From Macrostomum lignano (Eukaryota), in assembly GCA_002269645.1 (NCBI GenBank), contig NIVC01002616.1:62001-126000 (forward strand): a stretch of DNA of 64,000 bases. Direction: 5' to 3'. The notes below the pieces were generated by a model that made no database searches, was not told where the DNA came from, and saw only the letters and a program-made list of their open reading frames with translations. This document shows, one piece after another, positions 1 through 12,828 of the stretch. Numbering within the stretch: position 1 is the first letter of the stretch; every line of letters begins with the position of its first letter. Position numbers and translations under genes: made by a program.

Positions 1-570
1 AAACCCACCACCCCAATAGCACACAAACCAGCCGTGCGTCCCAAAAAACCCACCACCCCAATAGCACGCAATCCAGCCGTGCGTCTCAAAAAACCCACCA
101 CCCCAATAGCACGCAATCCAGCCGTGCGTCCCAAAAAACCCACCACCCCAATAGCACGCAATCCAGCCGTGCGTCCCAAAAAACCCACCACCCCAATAGC
201 ACGCAATCCAGCCGTGCGTCCCAAAAAACCCACCACCCCAATAGCACGCAATCCAGCCGTGCGTCCCAAAAAACCCACCACCCCAATAGCACGCAATCCA
301 GCCGTGCGTCCCAAAAAACCCACCACCCCAATAGCACGCAATCCAGCCGTGCGTCCCATAAAACCCACCACCCCAATAGCACACAAACCAGCCGCGCACA
401 CCTCATAAAACCCACCACCCCAATAGCACGCAATCCAGCCGTGCGTCCCATAAAACCCACCACCCCAATAGCACACAAACCAGCCGCGCACACCTCATAA
501 AACCCACCACCCCAATAGCACGCAATCCAGCCGTGCGCCCCAAAAAACCAACCAACCCCAATCGAACACA
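1..570. repeat. 45-bp minisatellite (AAACCCACCACCCCAATAGCACGCAATCCAGCCGTGCGTCCCAAA), truncated by window edge
   Basis: About 12 near-identical units visible; lies upstream of an acceptor at 651-652, so probably intronic. Confidence 0.95.
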
Positions 571-652
571 ATAAAACCAGTGCCTAAAAAGATGCACTAT
601 TAGAGCAAATCTGCAGCACAACGCAGTCTTTTTGTACCCACAATTTTTACAG

Positions 653-1061
653 AACTGACATTCAACAACAAGCTGCGTCACTACAGGATGGAGAGCAGCG
701 GCTCGAGCAGCCAGCAAAGCATCCTGCCTCTACTAGCAACGTTGCAAACTGGCCCAGGCGGTCGCCAGATCCAAACAGCTGGATGACGGACCGCAACTCT
801 CAACTGACCAACCTGGCTTTACTAACTAGCAGCGGCGACTTTCGCGGTCATCGTCGGCAAGATCAAAAATTGTTCTCACCGTCGTCCGGTTTTCGATCCT
901 CGTCGACGTCCTCGTCTGACTGCTCGTCAGCTCGGGTGACTATCCAGTCGTCTAGAGACGGCGGCGTCGAACACGCAACCGACGCTAGCGGACGCTATCG
1001 GATCTCGTCCTCGTCTAGCGTTGATGTAGCCGTGAACTTTATTAAAGGACGCCGGCGTTGA
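653..1061 (+). CDS. Probable terminal coding exon of an upstream gene, product unknown
   Basis: TTTTTACAG acceptor at 651-652; open frame from 654 (TDIQQQAASLQ...FIKGRRR*) continuous with ORF 783-1061; CpG-rich like other exons. Confidence 0.5.
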
Positions 1062-2709
1062 TGGGCACTACTTAAACATTGGGCGGGTCACTTTCCCATC
1101 CCCATCATCGCCTTCGATTTAGCGACCGCTGGAATAGCAGCTGCTATGAGAATAGGCGCATAAGCTTTTTACTTATAATCATTTTTGCCCGAGCATTTTT
1201 GATCTCTGGAATAGTAATTCATAGCTAACAATAAGTGATTCGCGGGGCTGTTGCTAACTGGTCTTGAATTTTGGTGAAGTTTTGCTTCGTCCTGTTTAAT
1301 TTTTTTCACCTTCTCATTACAGAAATTTTCATTCCCAACCGTTGACTTCAGCGTATTTTATTTCCATTTTTTTGCTTTGTTTATTTTTACTTTTCTCTGC
1401 GAAGCGAAACCGTCCAGTGCCGGCAGCTCTGGGACTTCCCTCTACCCTATAAATAAAAATTCGAAGTGGGGCGCCGTATTAACAAAAATGAATGCGAGGC
1501 AAAGAGAGAACAATGTCATTGCACATATTTTTACACCTTATACGGCGCTAAAACAAAACTCTGACTTAACAGGATAAACGAAGGTTGAAGGTGTCATTTG
1601 AAGGTACCTTCTTTGTAGAGGATAAGCATATATGTACTTATAATTATATTATAATTTAAATAAGACACATCTCAACTTTATATACTTTTATATTAAACCT
1701 GAATTTTTTGACATTACCTTTGTCCTAAAACTTCTATTTTTCATCGATTATTTTGATGGAAATCATTTCAAAGCTCCGACGAAAGAAATTGAAATATCAC
1801 CAAACAAACTCACATGTAAAGTTATGCGCAATAAATTCGTCAACTAAATATTCAAACTCCAAAGTTATAGCTTTATAGTTCAGAATTCAAATGTACTCGT
1901 ATATTATTTTATACTATTTTGTACGCATTTCGAAACCTTTAAATCCAGATAATTATACGATTAATATATCATATAGTACTACTTAAACGCGATTAGTCAG
2001 TAGTATACCTCGAAGGTAGAAGAAAACAGGTTTACAATTGGTGGGAAGTTATAAAAGATTGGTTGAAACTATTAACTATTGGAGAAAAGTTGCCTTTTGT
2101 AGTGCGTATGGGAGTGTACCGCAACTCTGTGGCTGCACACGGGCCTGTAGCTAGCTACAATGAGTTGTAGTAGTGCAAGTGTGATCCAAGGAAACGATAT
2201 GTTCGAAAGCAGAAAGGCACAAACTGAAAAACACGACATTAATCTGGTTGCCGTGTTAAAATATTTTGATCAATTAGTCCTGGTTTAATGACTAATAGTT
2301 CAAGGCAGGAAAAAATCGAATAGCCAATTTTCGTCTTGCTATATATATATATCTCCTACTAGAAGAAGCCAGAAATTTGTTTGGCTCAATTTAAACAAAG
2401 AGTCGATCGCATTGTCTGGAGGAGAAGCATATTAAGATTCAGCATTCAGTGTTCATACGAAAGTAACTATTGATATTTTTATAACAAATATAGTGGGTTG
2501 GCAATCGATCAGCTATTTGTTTTTGTCCTTACATCCAGCATAATTTTGTTATAATTCCAAAAAGAAGCCAACGTAATTTTGGCGGCAATTCAAAACCGAA
2601 AAATATTTAATCATATAGCATAGGTAGAATTGCCAAGCAAAATTTAGGTCAAGTAAATTCATAGAGAAAATTTTATTAAACTGCCGCATCGGCTTCTTAG
2701 GTCAACGGT

Positions 2710-2898
2710 TCAACGACTGCTGGTGTTGAACTGCATGAAGTACGCTGCCGTGGGCGGGTTGGTGTACAACTCTTTTTCCAGGAACTCTTTGTGCGCCTTC
2801 TGCTCCCTGGCTAGGCGGAGATTCTCCTCGGCCTGTTTGCGCTGCAGATCGCGGTTGACTCGTTCAACTTCGCGCTCGATGAGCACCCCGGTGCGGGC
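2710..2898 (-). CDS. RIBC2: RIB43A-like ciliary protofilament ribbon protein, exon 4 (last)
   Basis: Acceptor CCTTACGCAG; ARTGVLIERE...YTNPPTAAYFMQFNTSSR*, typical RIB43A C-terminus. Confidence 0.9.
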   Translation of the reverse strand, partial: ARTGVLIEREVERVNRDLQRKQAEENLRLAREQKAHKEFLEKELYTNPPTAAYFMQFNTSSR

Positions 2899-3094
2899 CT
2901 GCGTAAGGAGGAGTCGGGAGCGAAATGTTCTGGCCAAGCCTCAAGGCACAGTGCGGCGGTGGGTACTCGATAATCAGAAGTTTTACAGTAAATTTCTTAA
3001 ACATCTAAGACTGGGTAAAATTTAAGATTCATAAGAGCCTGACCCTAGCGTTGAAGAGTTTGGTTTTTAGTAGGAATTCGAAGATATAATAGTG

Positions 3095-3640
3095 AGGTTT
3101 GCTCGTTGTACTCCTCATGCTGGCACAGCCCCAGAAAACCGAGGTCCTACACGTCGGCATCGCAAACGCCCCTGCTCTGATCCTCCCTAGCGGCGACTCC
3201 ATTGCAGAGTGCCGGGACTTCCGCTCCCTCGCCTCTTTTGTCGCCTCTCCACATGAAATTCATCATTGCGGATCGGCGTGAACAAGCCTGGAGGCCGCTG
3301 ACCAGCTCAAACTCCGCATCTTTCGAGCTGCGGTCGAGCCCATCTTCCTCTACGCCTTGAGGCTGTGCCCATCACTGCAAGCCGCCGGGAAGAAGTCTTA
3401 AATGCGGCCTTCAGAGCTCTGCTGCGCTTCTCGCTCAACATGCGCTACCCATCAAATCGCGCTCTGATTTGAGACAACGAAGACAGAGACTCCTCGGACT
3501 CGTGCTCAGGAGGCACGTGCCCATGAACCCCATTGATACTTTTACTGACGATTTGCGCGTCCTGTACCTGACTCCTAGCGAGGCCATTCGCCTTCCCTCC
3601 TCGGTTTTCCGCGAAACGCTTGTGCGTTAGGGCTTTTTTA
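3095..3640 (+). mobile_element. Decayed 3' fragment of an RTE/CR1-like non-LTR retrotransposon in RIB43A intron 3
   Basis: KTEVLHVG...ECRDFRSLAS resembles KTEVM...FKYLGS; QLKLRIFRAAVEPIFLY and AFRALLRFSLNMRYP resemble the post-RT region; frameshifted. Confidence 0.65.
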
Positions 3641-3742
3641 GTCCTCTGCGTCGCTGCTTCTACTACTACTATGCTGACTTAAATGCCGACAATCTATTAA
3701 CAATTTGATTTCGGCAAACATAAAATGATTAGTGATTCGCAC

Positions 3743-3988
3743 CTGCAGCGCCCGCTGGCGATCCCACTCGTCCTTCTCCCGCTTCTCGGCCTCCCGCTTG
3801 CGCCGTTGCTCTTCAGCTTGCAGCGCCTGAATGCGGCGAACCTCCTCCTGCTGCTCGGGCGTCATGCCCTTCCAGCGGTCCGGCACGACTCGGTGAGACC
3901 CGAAGGCGCTCTGGGCCACCGCCGGATTCTCCGTCAGCATGTCGCTGAAGATTGCGTTCGACACCTCGGTGGCGTTGTCGTCCTGCTC
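3743..3988 (-). CDS. RIBC2: RIB43A-like, exon 3
   Basis: TTTAG acceptor, CAG/GTGCGA donor; EQDDNATEVSNAIFSDMLTENPAVAQSAFGSHRVVPDRWKGM. Confidence 0.92.
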
Positions 3989-4044
3989 CTAAATGTGTTG
4001 GCCAGGATGAGTAGATTACAGATAGAAGAATATAATTAAATTTA

Positions 4045-4440
4045 ATTAAAGAACCCACCACCCCAATAAAACAATACAGTCATGCGCTTCATAAAACCCA
4101 CCACCCCAATAATACACAACCCAAGCTTTGCGCCCCATAAAAACCACAACCCCAATAATACACAGCCCAAGCTTTGCGCCCCATAGAACCCACCACCCCA
4201 ATAATACAACAGCCCAAGCTGTGCGCCCCATAGAACCCACCACCCCAATAATACACAGCCCAAGCTGTGCGCCCCATAGAACCCACCACCCCAATAATAC
4301 ATAGCCCAAGCTGTGCGCCCCATAGAACCCACCACCCCAATAATACAATTCAGCCCAAGCTGTGCGCCCCATAGAACCCATCACCCACACATCCCAGCTG
4401 TGGGCCCAATAAAACCCACCAACCCAACAACACCCAGTCC
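4045..4440. repeat. 46-bp minisatellite in RIB43A intron 2, related to the 1-570 array
   Basis: Unit GAACCCACCACCCCAATAATACACAGCCCAAGCTGTGCGCCCCATA. Confidence 0.92.
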
Positions 4441-4497
4441 AACAACTATCCAACAACTAAGCCAATGCAAACCAAAGTTCTCTTAAGCTCCGCTCAC

Positions 4498-5085
4498 CTG
4501 CTGCCGCCGCAAGCGGGCCCTCTCCTCGGCCTCCCTGGCCAGGGCATTGTTATAATCGGCCGTGGCCATGTTGATGGCCCGACGGCAGGCCTCCTCAGCC
4601 TGGGCCAGCTCGCAGGCGCGCTGGTCCAGCTCGCGCCGTTTCAAATCGTAGAGCCGGTCGGCCTCTTTCTGGCCCCACTTGGCGGCGTCCTTCTCGCGCT
4701 GCTGCTGAAGCGACCACTCGCGCAGCTGCTCCTCTTGGAGTCGGCGACGAGCCTTGGCGTTGAGATCCTCGCCGTCGAACTTCTGCAACGAGCTGATGGT
4801 GCACCGCGGATCGTCGTCGTGCACCCTGGCCGGCTTGTCCTTCTTCAGCGCGTCCGGGTCGTACAGGTCCCACTCGCGCCGGGCCTCCGGCTGCTGATGC
4901 AGGGAACGAAACTCGTTCTCGTACATGTTTAGGGCGCGTTTGTCGGCCTGCTGGCGGGTTTCCATCAGAGTGGCGATTTTGTCGTAGCGAACCGCGTCCT
5001 GGGCGAAGGCCTCCTCGCGTTCGCGTTCGCGCTGCTCGTGCTGCTTTTTCTCGTCAACCTGCGTCTCGAGGCCTTGGACATCGAT
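4498..5085 (-). CDS. RIBC2: RIB43A-like, exon 2
   Basis: CCTGCCCAG acceptor, CAG/GTGAGC donor; RREWDLYDPDALKKDKPARVHDDDPRCTISSLQKFDGEDL. Confidence 0.93.
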
Positions 5086-5945
5086 CTGGGCAGGAGAAGT
5101 ACAATGTAAATATTGCAAAGAAATCTCTTGCATCGAGATACATATTTTCATATGCTTAAACAATTTATAGCCAGATGTTGTAGGACTATGTATAGCAAAA
5201 ATTTTATATAGCATATATTTGATTAAAACTTGCCAGAAGTATTCAGTGTTATAAATTTGCAAAAATAAACTCCATTTTAAATTAAAAATAATTATTATTT
5301 GATAGGTATAAATTTTATGTCATTGCCCAGACAGTCACCATTCTGAAGAGGTTTTGAAAGTCTAATGATATCATTATACATATATGCAGAAATCAAAAAG
5401 CAGGAAACTTTTTCATGTTCTTAGAGATTTTTATCTTAAAGTATAGTCTTTATCTCTAATCATAAAAAAATATGAATAAATGCAAAAAATGAAAACGTTT
5501 TGCATTTTCAGTTTAAAAAATCCTTAATAGGTAAACGACTAATTCTTTTTTAAGGCATAAGTTTAAGGACTTTTCTGATAGCCACTAGATTTATACTTTA
5601 CATTTTAGGTATTTCATTTGTATTGTAGAATTTAAATTCTTAGTTGGAATTTAATTTAGCTTTGAAGCGATGTCAAAATTTGCATTCATATCTCCAGTCA
5701 AATTCACGTTTTTCGATTTTTGCTTGGATTTTCGGATAACAATAAATGTACCAAGCAATGTACAGTTTATTAATATTTGAACAGACTATCAAGACAATAG
5801 TTTTTAGCCACCTACATGCATTTATCATATTATATTCAATTTTATATGATGATGATGATTCATTTTAGCATGAATAATTAGATTTAAATACTTTAGTCTT
5901 AGATACAACTGTTTCGAATTGTGGCATGACACCAAGTTGACTTAC

Positions 5946-6062
5946 TCCAATCTGCCTAACTTTGGCATTGAAAATTCGGCCCTGACGCTGCTGTTCCCGA
6001 TTGCGACGCCGCTCAATCGCAGCAGCCTCCTTGCGATCAAGAGGGGTGTCGAGCTTGTACAT
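5946..6062 (-). CDS. RIBC2: RIB43A-like, exon 1
   Basis: MYKLDTPLDRKEAAAIERRRNREQQRQGRIFNAKVRQIG followed by GTAAGT donor; RIBC1 versus RIBC2 orthology not resolvable here. Confidence 0.92.
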
Positions 6063-7785
6063 ATCTTATTCTTAGTATTCCCGTATAAATAAAGTTGGCA
6101 AGTTGCCTGATTAAGATATCCAGTCAAGGTTAGAAATGTATAATTTGTACGAAGACTAGAGAGTTTAAAATGTCACAACTACCGTCAGTAACTATGACGT
6201 CAAAGTATAACAAAACGTAGTAAAAATTTTCTTTGTTAAAAAAATAAAAAAGTATAGTAGTATTAATTCTTAGAATAGGTTGCTTTGAGTTGCTACAAGT
6301 TTGATGTTTAGTAGAGAAATAATTCGCGACTATACAAATTCGTTATACGTGTACATATGACAAAATTATCAAACACCTTTAGCTCTTTACACCCCGCTAC
6401 TTTCTTTACCAAGCTGCAATATTACTTGCAGGTATATTCCTGATATAGAGAATGTGTTTATTAGTTGCATTTTTTCAACATCGAGAAAGGTCGTACAATG
6501 TACGTACTTACAATCAATCAATAAAATTTAATTGGTATATATAACAGCTAGTACACACGTTGTAGACATGCCTTTTGGTTCGGAAGTAGACAATGATTAA
6601 TTATTCACGAGTGAAAAAATCGTCATTATCTACCTGTCCTATGGCAAAACATATGTAAAAGTGCAATCTTATGAATGCATTTACAGTGTAAGTACAATTT
6701 CGAAGCGTGTTGAAGATTATTATTGACTACAGCGTGAGAGGGAGACGACAAATGCCACGTACACGTGATTACATTTAAGTAGTGTACTGTATTTATTGAA
6801 TTATAGTAATAAAATAACGATTCCTTAGGCTAATAGGTATTTTCAGCAATCACCTAGCCTGAAACTTGTAGTTGTACATGTAATTGAAAATCCTCATGCA
6901 TGCAAAATTAAAAGCTGGGCGGTGATAACTTTGGCTACAATGTACGCTCGTGTTACTTGTACACATGTACGAGCAGTACCCGTATTTATTTATTCGATAT
7001 ACAAGCCGTAGCGGCCAGGCAAAGTCGATAATCAGCGCTTTTGAGCAGCTCAAATGAACCAACTGATTCACTCCCCTGATGTACATGAAGATTATGCTCG
7101 TAAACTTTACAATTCAAATTTCAACAAAGGTGACACTTTAACTGTGTGTTTACATGTAGGCTATACGAGATTCTAGATGATAAAAATAACAAAACGAAAA
7201 TCATATAAATTTTTTTCAAACATTTCTCAAAACGCAATTTTAATATATTTGGGCATGTTTCCTTTTATCTATTGCATCAACAAAGAAAGAAATCTATAAT
7301 TTTGACACAACAATAATAGCAAACTACTAACAGTAGTACGAAAACAAATTGAAACAATCAGAAAATTGCTCTAACATTCCGAAATAAATAATTCAAGCTT
7401 AGCATTTAACGTACTATAATCTTGCAAAAGTGAGTCAATCGGTGCCAGAAAGGGAACTTAAAAAAAGAAACTAAAAGGAAACGAGAGAAAGAAAAAATAC
7501 GCAGAATGCCCGTATACCCAATGCGCTATTAAAGGAAGAAAATGTTAAGAAACCAGTACAAGTTTACTACATTTTCAGATAACCAAAATCAGTTGACACC
7601 CAAGAATTCCAAGACAGAACACTGGATAGCTGGATTATTGAGAAACAAACAGAGCAAAAAGCAAGTCAATCATAGGAGAGCAGTTTGAAAATGTCAATGT
7701 GAATCAAAAGAAACATTTTGAAATACAACTGAAATACTCGAACCAAACAAACCGGTAACAAGTGCGTTTCTTGGTTCAACGGTTC

Positions 7786-8115
7786 TCAGGGAGCCACTGT
7801 GGTGGCATTGAGAGTCGGATTGGCTGCGGCAGTCTCTGGCTGACTTGACGGCGGCAGGTGCATCGATGGCACGCTGACACTCACTGGGGGCATGCCGGGC
7901 AGACTCAGCTGGGTGCTGACCGCGGGAAAATCAGTCAGTGGCTGCTGCGTGGGCGGCGGGGGCGGCGGCGGCAGAGGCTGCTGCTGCTGTTGCGGAGGCG
8001 CAGGAGGCGGCGGTGGCAACGGCTGATCGTGCGAGTGACCGTGACCTCCGCTATACAGAGGCTGCTGCTGCTGCTGGTGAACAGTTGGACTACCACTGGA
8101 GGAGCTCAGCGGAAC
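7786..8115 (-). CDS. GORASP2: GRASP55/65 Golgi stacking protein, exon 5 (Pro/Gln-rich tail)
   Basis: TTAACAG acceptor, phase 0, open to TGA at 7786-7788. Confidence 0.8.
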   Translation of the reverse strand, partial: VPLSSSSGSPTVHQQQQQPLYSGGHGHSHDQPLPPPPPAPPQQQQQPLPPPPPPPTQQPLTDFPAVSTQLSLPGMPPVSVSVPSMHLPPSSQPETAAANPTLNATTVAP

Positions 8116-8442
8116 CTGTTAATTGAAGAAAACAGAAATTTGTGCCATTTTCAGATTTTCGAAACTACGATGTGCCAGCGCGGCCCAGGCTCGATTCCAA
8201 GTGCAGTCACATTAACTTGGAACTCTAAATTGGAATCTCGGCTTGGCTCTGCTAGTGCAATGAACGGCCTTGAGGAGGCCCAACACCCAAGGCATAAATA
8301 GTGCGTGCCTGTGCCTCTATCCAGTTGTGCCACAATGTCACTTAAAGTGCGTCAGGGTGCACACAGCCATCTGGACTCTAATAGAAAATATAATAAACTA
8401 TGCGTCAGACAGGTGAGTAAATTTGTGTGAACTTTTACTTAC

Positions 8443-8694
8443 ATCGGCAAATCCGTTGCCATTGCTGACCGATCCAGTTCGGTCGGAGTCGGACAGACCG
8501 TCCGGAGACTGGCTCAACGGAATCCGGTGCAAATAGCCGTAGCCAATATTGCAGCCGAGCAAGCCCTCGCCGCCCCAAGCGGAATTGGGCACAATTGTCA
8601 GCTCGCGACACGAATCTGACACGGTGCTGTACACGTACAGTTTCAGGGGCTTGTTGTCGTGAGCCTCAATCATGGCGAACAGATCTTCAGCGTC
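8443..8694 (-). CDS. GORASP2: GRASP55/65, exon 4 (PDZ2)
   Basis: [22 protein letters not shown]...[20 protein letters not shown]; GTAAGT donor. Confidence 0.95.
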
Positions 8695-9009
8695 CTAGGT
8701 GTTAAAATAAAAAAAAAACAATATAATTTCGTAGCTTAAAAATCCTTTTTTAAACGTAAGAAGACTGTTGGAGTTAATCAGTAGTTTTGAATGCCACTTA
8801 CAGAAAATTGTCTGAGAATATGTTTGACTTGGCCAGTATGTTACACTCTCTGTGCCTTGCGGGTTGGCTGTCTTAATAGAGATTTAAGCAAGCGCGTTGC
8901 CACCGGGGGGGGGGACAGTCCCCCCGGTAAAAGCTATGGGGAGATATGTCAATCTTTTGCCCCCAAACCCAACTTGTGACCTGTCGTGTCAATAAAACAT
9001 TTTTCTTCC

Positions 9010-9490
9010 GGGCGCCAAAATGAGTGCCTGCGGCGCCAAAATGAGTGCCTGTGGCGCCAAAATGAGTGCCTGTGTCGCTAAAATGAGTGCCTGTGGCGCA
9101 AAAATGAGTGCCTGCGGCGCCAAAATGAGTGCCTGTGTCGCTAAAATGAGTGCTTGTGGCGCCAAAATGAGTGCCTGTGGCGCAAAAATGAGTGCCTGTG
9201 GCGCCAAAATGAGTGCCTGTGTCGCTAAAATGAGTGCCTGTGGCGCCAAAATAAGTGCCTGTGGCGCCAAAATGAGTGCCTGTGGCGCCAAAATAAGTGC
9301 CTGTGGCGCCAAAATGAGTGCCTGTGTCGCTAAAATGAGTGCCTGTGGCGCAAAAATGAGTGCCTGTGGCGCCAAAATGAGTGCCTGTGTCGCTAAAATG
9401 AGTGCCTGTGGCGCCAAAATGAGTGCCTTTGGCGCTAAAATGAGTGCCTGCGGAGCTTAAATGAGTGCCTTTGGCGCCAAAATGAGCGCT
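9010..9490. repeat. 21-bp minisatellite (AAAATGAGTGCCTGTGGCGCC) in GORASP intron 3
   Basis: About 22 units; source of spurious MSACGAK ORFs. Confidence 0.95.
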
Positions 9491-9788
9491 GACAACGACT
9501 TGAAAAATCTGCATTTGATATGCAGTTACCATCGAAACGTTTTGATCGGGTAAATACGGTTATTAAAACTTAAAATGGACCAATTTTCATGCACAGAAGC
9601 TCAAAACGAATGCAGCAGCGGTCGTGTGGCGCGAGAACTGCTCCGCCTCCTGCTCCCAAGTCCTATTCGGCACAATAAAACCAGTGATCTTCCCTGGATA
9701 GGTCCCAGATTGCAGTTCGGCAGGCTGGCTACTACCGTAACACATTTCTGAATCAAATTGATCCCAATCAGCAAGCATTGCTAATCAC

Positions 9789-10076
9789 CTGCAGCAGGGC
9801 ATCGGCGCCAATAATATAGTCCGAATCCGACACGAAACCGGCCAGAGCTGCCGGCGAGTTTGGCTGCACGTCCAACACGTGCCAGACGTTCTCGTTGGCG
9901 CCCTGGAACGAGCAGAATCGAATACTGACGCCTAGGAGTCCCTGGCCGCCCCAGCCGTCTGATGGAACAATGGTGACCTCTCGGCAGACCTGAGTCTTGC
10001 TGCTGTACACCAGGGCTTGGACAGGCTTGTCTTTGTTAGCAGAGAGCAGCTCTCGGAGCTTGTCATTGTCTTCGTT
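9789..10076 (-). CDS. GORASP2: GRASP55/65, exon 3
   Basis: [11 protein letters not shown]...[48 protein letters not shown]. Confidence 0.95.
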
Positions 10077-10179
10077 CTAGGGTGTTATAAAAAATGGGTT
10101 GATGAAATCAAATATAAAAATGACTGTTTTGCATATTACGCTACTATGAGTAGATTTCAGTAGCCAAAATGTAACTTAC

Positions 10180-10260
10180 CAATCTAGTATTGCCGATAGC
10201 AATAATGAAATCAAAGAACGCTTCTAGGCCGGCCTTGTGACCTGGCGAGTTGTCCTGGAC
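10180..10260 (-). CDS. GORASP2: GRASP55/65, exon 2
   Basis: TTCTTAG acceptor, [33 protein letters not shown] donor. Confidence 0.93.
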
Positions 10261-11439
10261 CTAAGAAGAACCAGAGATAAGGCATACATAATAAATGAAT
10301 TCAGGGTATGTTGTAACATGGCAAATTTAGTATGGAAAAGTTAGTGGCATACATTTCATTCTGTTAATCTAGTCCAATTCAAATTTGCACCAAAAAGACT
10401 TCATTTAAACAACATATAAGTTACTTTTAAGCAACTTAATTTTTTTAATACTGAAATTAGTACTTTAATATTCAACTTTGCTTCTATGGTGCTTAAACTT
10501 TTTGTTCTTAATATTAATTGAGCAGTTTTGAAACATACTTGCCCTGATCATCCTGTCACCTAGTTAGATGGCCAGGTGTATTATATACATATTCATTTCA
10601 GACTTTAAATTTATTTCCTTGTATTTAAACATGGAGGGAAGCATGGGCAACCTGTGGATCAGCCCAAGGAAGGGCTCTGCCATTGGATATTGTTAGGGGC
10701 TATACTGCCAGGGGCATAAAGCTGGAGAGGCCCAGATTGGGGCTGGGGCTTATGGCCCAGCAAGAACCTAATTTGATGCTACCAACCCAACATACCAGTA
10801 TGGACTAAGACACTGCCAACCCATAGTGGAATCAGGAGGATGGGTGCAAAGATGGATCCACTCAGGCTACCCTAAACAACAAAACACAATTGTGTGCAAA
10901 AAAGATTGGAAAAATTTTGGAGATTTTTGGAAAGCTGTCCAAGAGCAGGAATCCCAACTGGAAAGATCTAGAGTCCCTAAGTCTAAGAAAGGGCTTTAAG
11001 ATAGGAATGAGTCTAGGCAGCTTTATTACCAAGGGCAAGTCTCTTATCAAGTAGGCAAAAAAGCTAAGAAAGCTCCTCCTATAGGGTTGCAAACCACAAG
11101 GCTTTTTCATTACCTAGCACTAATAAGTTTAGAATTTCTAAATAGCAGTCCAAGAGCAGAAAGACCCAAGTCTTAAATAGAAATGGCTTTAATGCCAAGG
11201 GGTTAGAGAGAGGCACTAAGGAGGAGCAAAGGGACTATTGGACTCAACTAGTTTTCCCCAATTTGGGATGAACATCAACCTTGTAGTAGTACTAATAGAC
11301 TGATTATATTGCAATGCATAAAGAAAAAATTTTCTTTTATATTGACAAATGGTCTCCTTAAAAATAGATATAGATTTAATTTGTAAAAAGAAGTCTTAAG
11401 CACTGGGCTTATAGGAAATTTCAAAATAATTTAATTTTA

Positions 11440-12755
11440 CAAGGGTTGTTCAGAAAGTTTGTGGACAAACATATTTTTTCCAAATAAAAAGCAGTTAAGT
11501 CACCATACTTTAGGCCATAGACAGCACTTATGTCCCACAACTTTTAATGGTAGTGCGATGAAATATGCTTATGTTATTTTTTACAGCAGTCATTTTAAGA
11601 TACCCACTGTTTTTGGCACTTTGGAAAAAATGAAGAAGCCAAGCAAAGCATAATTTGGTTCTTGTAGAAAGAAGGATAGCAACAGGCCGATATTGTTTGC
11701 GAGTTGCATGCAGCATATGGTAAAGATGCCTCTTCAAAGTTGATGGTCAGCAAGTGGGTGCAGTGGTTTGAGGATGGCTGAGAGACAGTCAAAGATCTGC
11801 CACGCAGTGGAAGGCCACTAGGCCAGCCACCATGGTCAACATGTTCAACATCGAGTACGTGCATCAGGCACTTGATGTAGACCACCAGATCACCATGCAT
11901 AAACTAGCAGAGACTATGGGTATATCACCCATAGCAGTTCACAAAATTGTCATAGCTAAGCTTAGGATGTTGTGAGTTGTTGCTTGTTGGGTCCTGAAGC
12001 TTCTGACAGATGATCAGCAACGTGAATGGGTCCATGCATGTCAGTAGCTCCTGTAGGCCTACCACAACAACCTAAACTTTTTGGATCAAATTGTGACTGG
12101 GGATGAGTCATGAATCTATTACAGTGAGCCAGAGTTGAAAATGCAGAGCAGTGTCTGGAAGGCAGCTAGAGAACCCACCCCAGTGAAGGCCTTGGCTGCA
12201 CTATTGGCTGGAAAGCAGATGGCCACCATCTTCTGAGACAAAGAAGGCATCTTGCTCATTGACTGGCTTCCATGTAGCACTACCAGTACCAGTGCTTATT
12301 ACATCCAAGTGCTGGAGAAGTTGTGTCAAGCCATCAAGACTGAGCACTAGGGCAAGCTAACCAGGGAGATCCTGCTATAGCAGGACGATGCCAGGCCCCA
12401 TACTAGCCAAGCAACAATGGCTGCCATCTCTAGCCTAGGCTTCAAGCTGCTGCCATACCTACCTTACTTGCCAGACCTAGCAGCAAGCAATTACTAGCTG
12501 TTTGGGCAGATGAAGGAGTCACTCAAGGGTCACCATTATGATAGCATACAGGCCTTAGCCTCTGCTATCAGCCAGTAGGTCAGAAGTACCCCCAAAAAAT
12601 CTTTGCTGCAGGGATTGAAAAGCTACCAGAGCACTGGCACAAGTGTGTGTGCCTCAAAGGCACATACATTGAGAAGGTCAATGACTAAGGTTTTCAGTTT
12701 TTTTGCTTGTTTAACAATAGTTCATGTTTTGTCCAAACTTTCCGAACAACCCTCG
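11440..12755 (+). mobile_element. Full-length decayed mariner transposon in GORASP intron 1
   Basis: About 28-bp TIRs (CAAGGGTTGTTCAGAAAGTTTG vs CGAGGGTTGTTCGGAAAGTTTG), TA flanks, 1316 bp; catalytic motifs VTGDES*IY, QQDDARPH, PYLPDLA with stops. Confidence 0.92.
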
Positions 12756-12828
12756 TATATTCTTATGTGAATGCAAAAAATATAAAGCAAAGTACAAAAG
12801 CAGTGGCAATAAAATACTAAGTAAAATT

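Noticed and set aside
6063-6320. RFX X-box upstream of ciliary RIB43A
   Set aside because: Only half-sites (GTTGCC/GGCAAC) are present, not a properly spaced palindromic box
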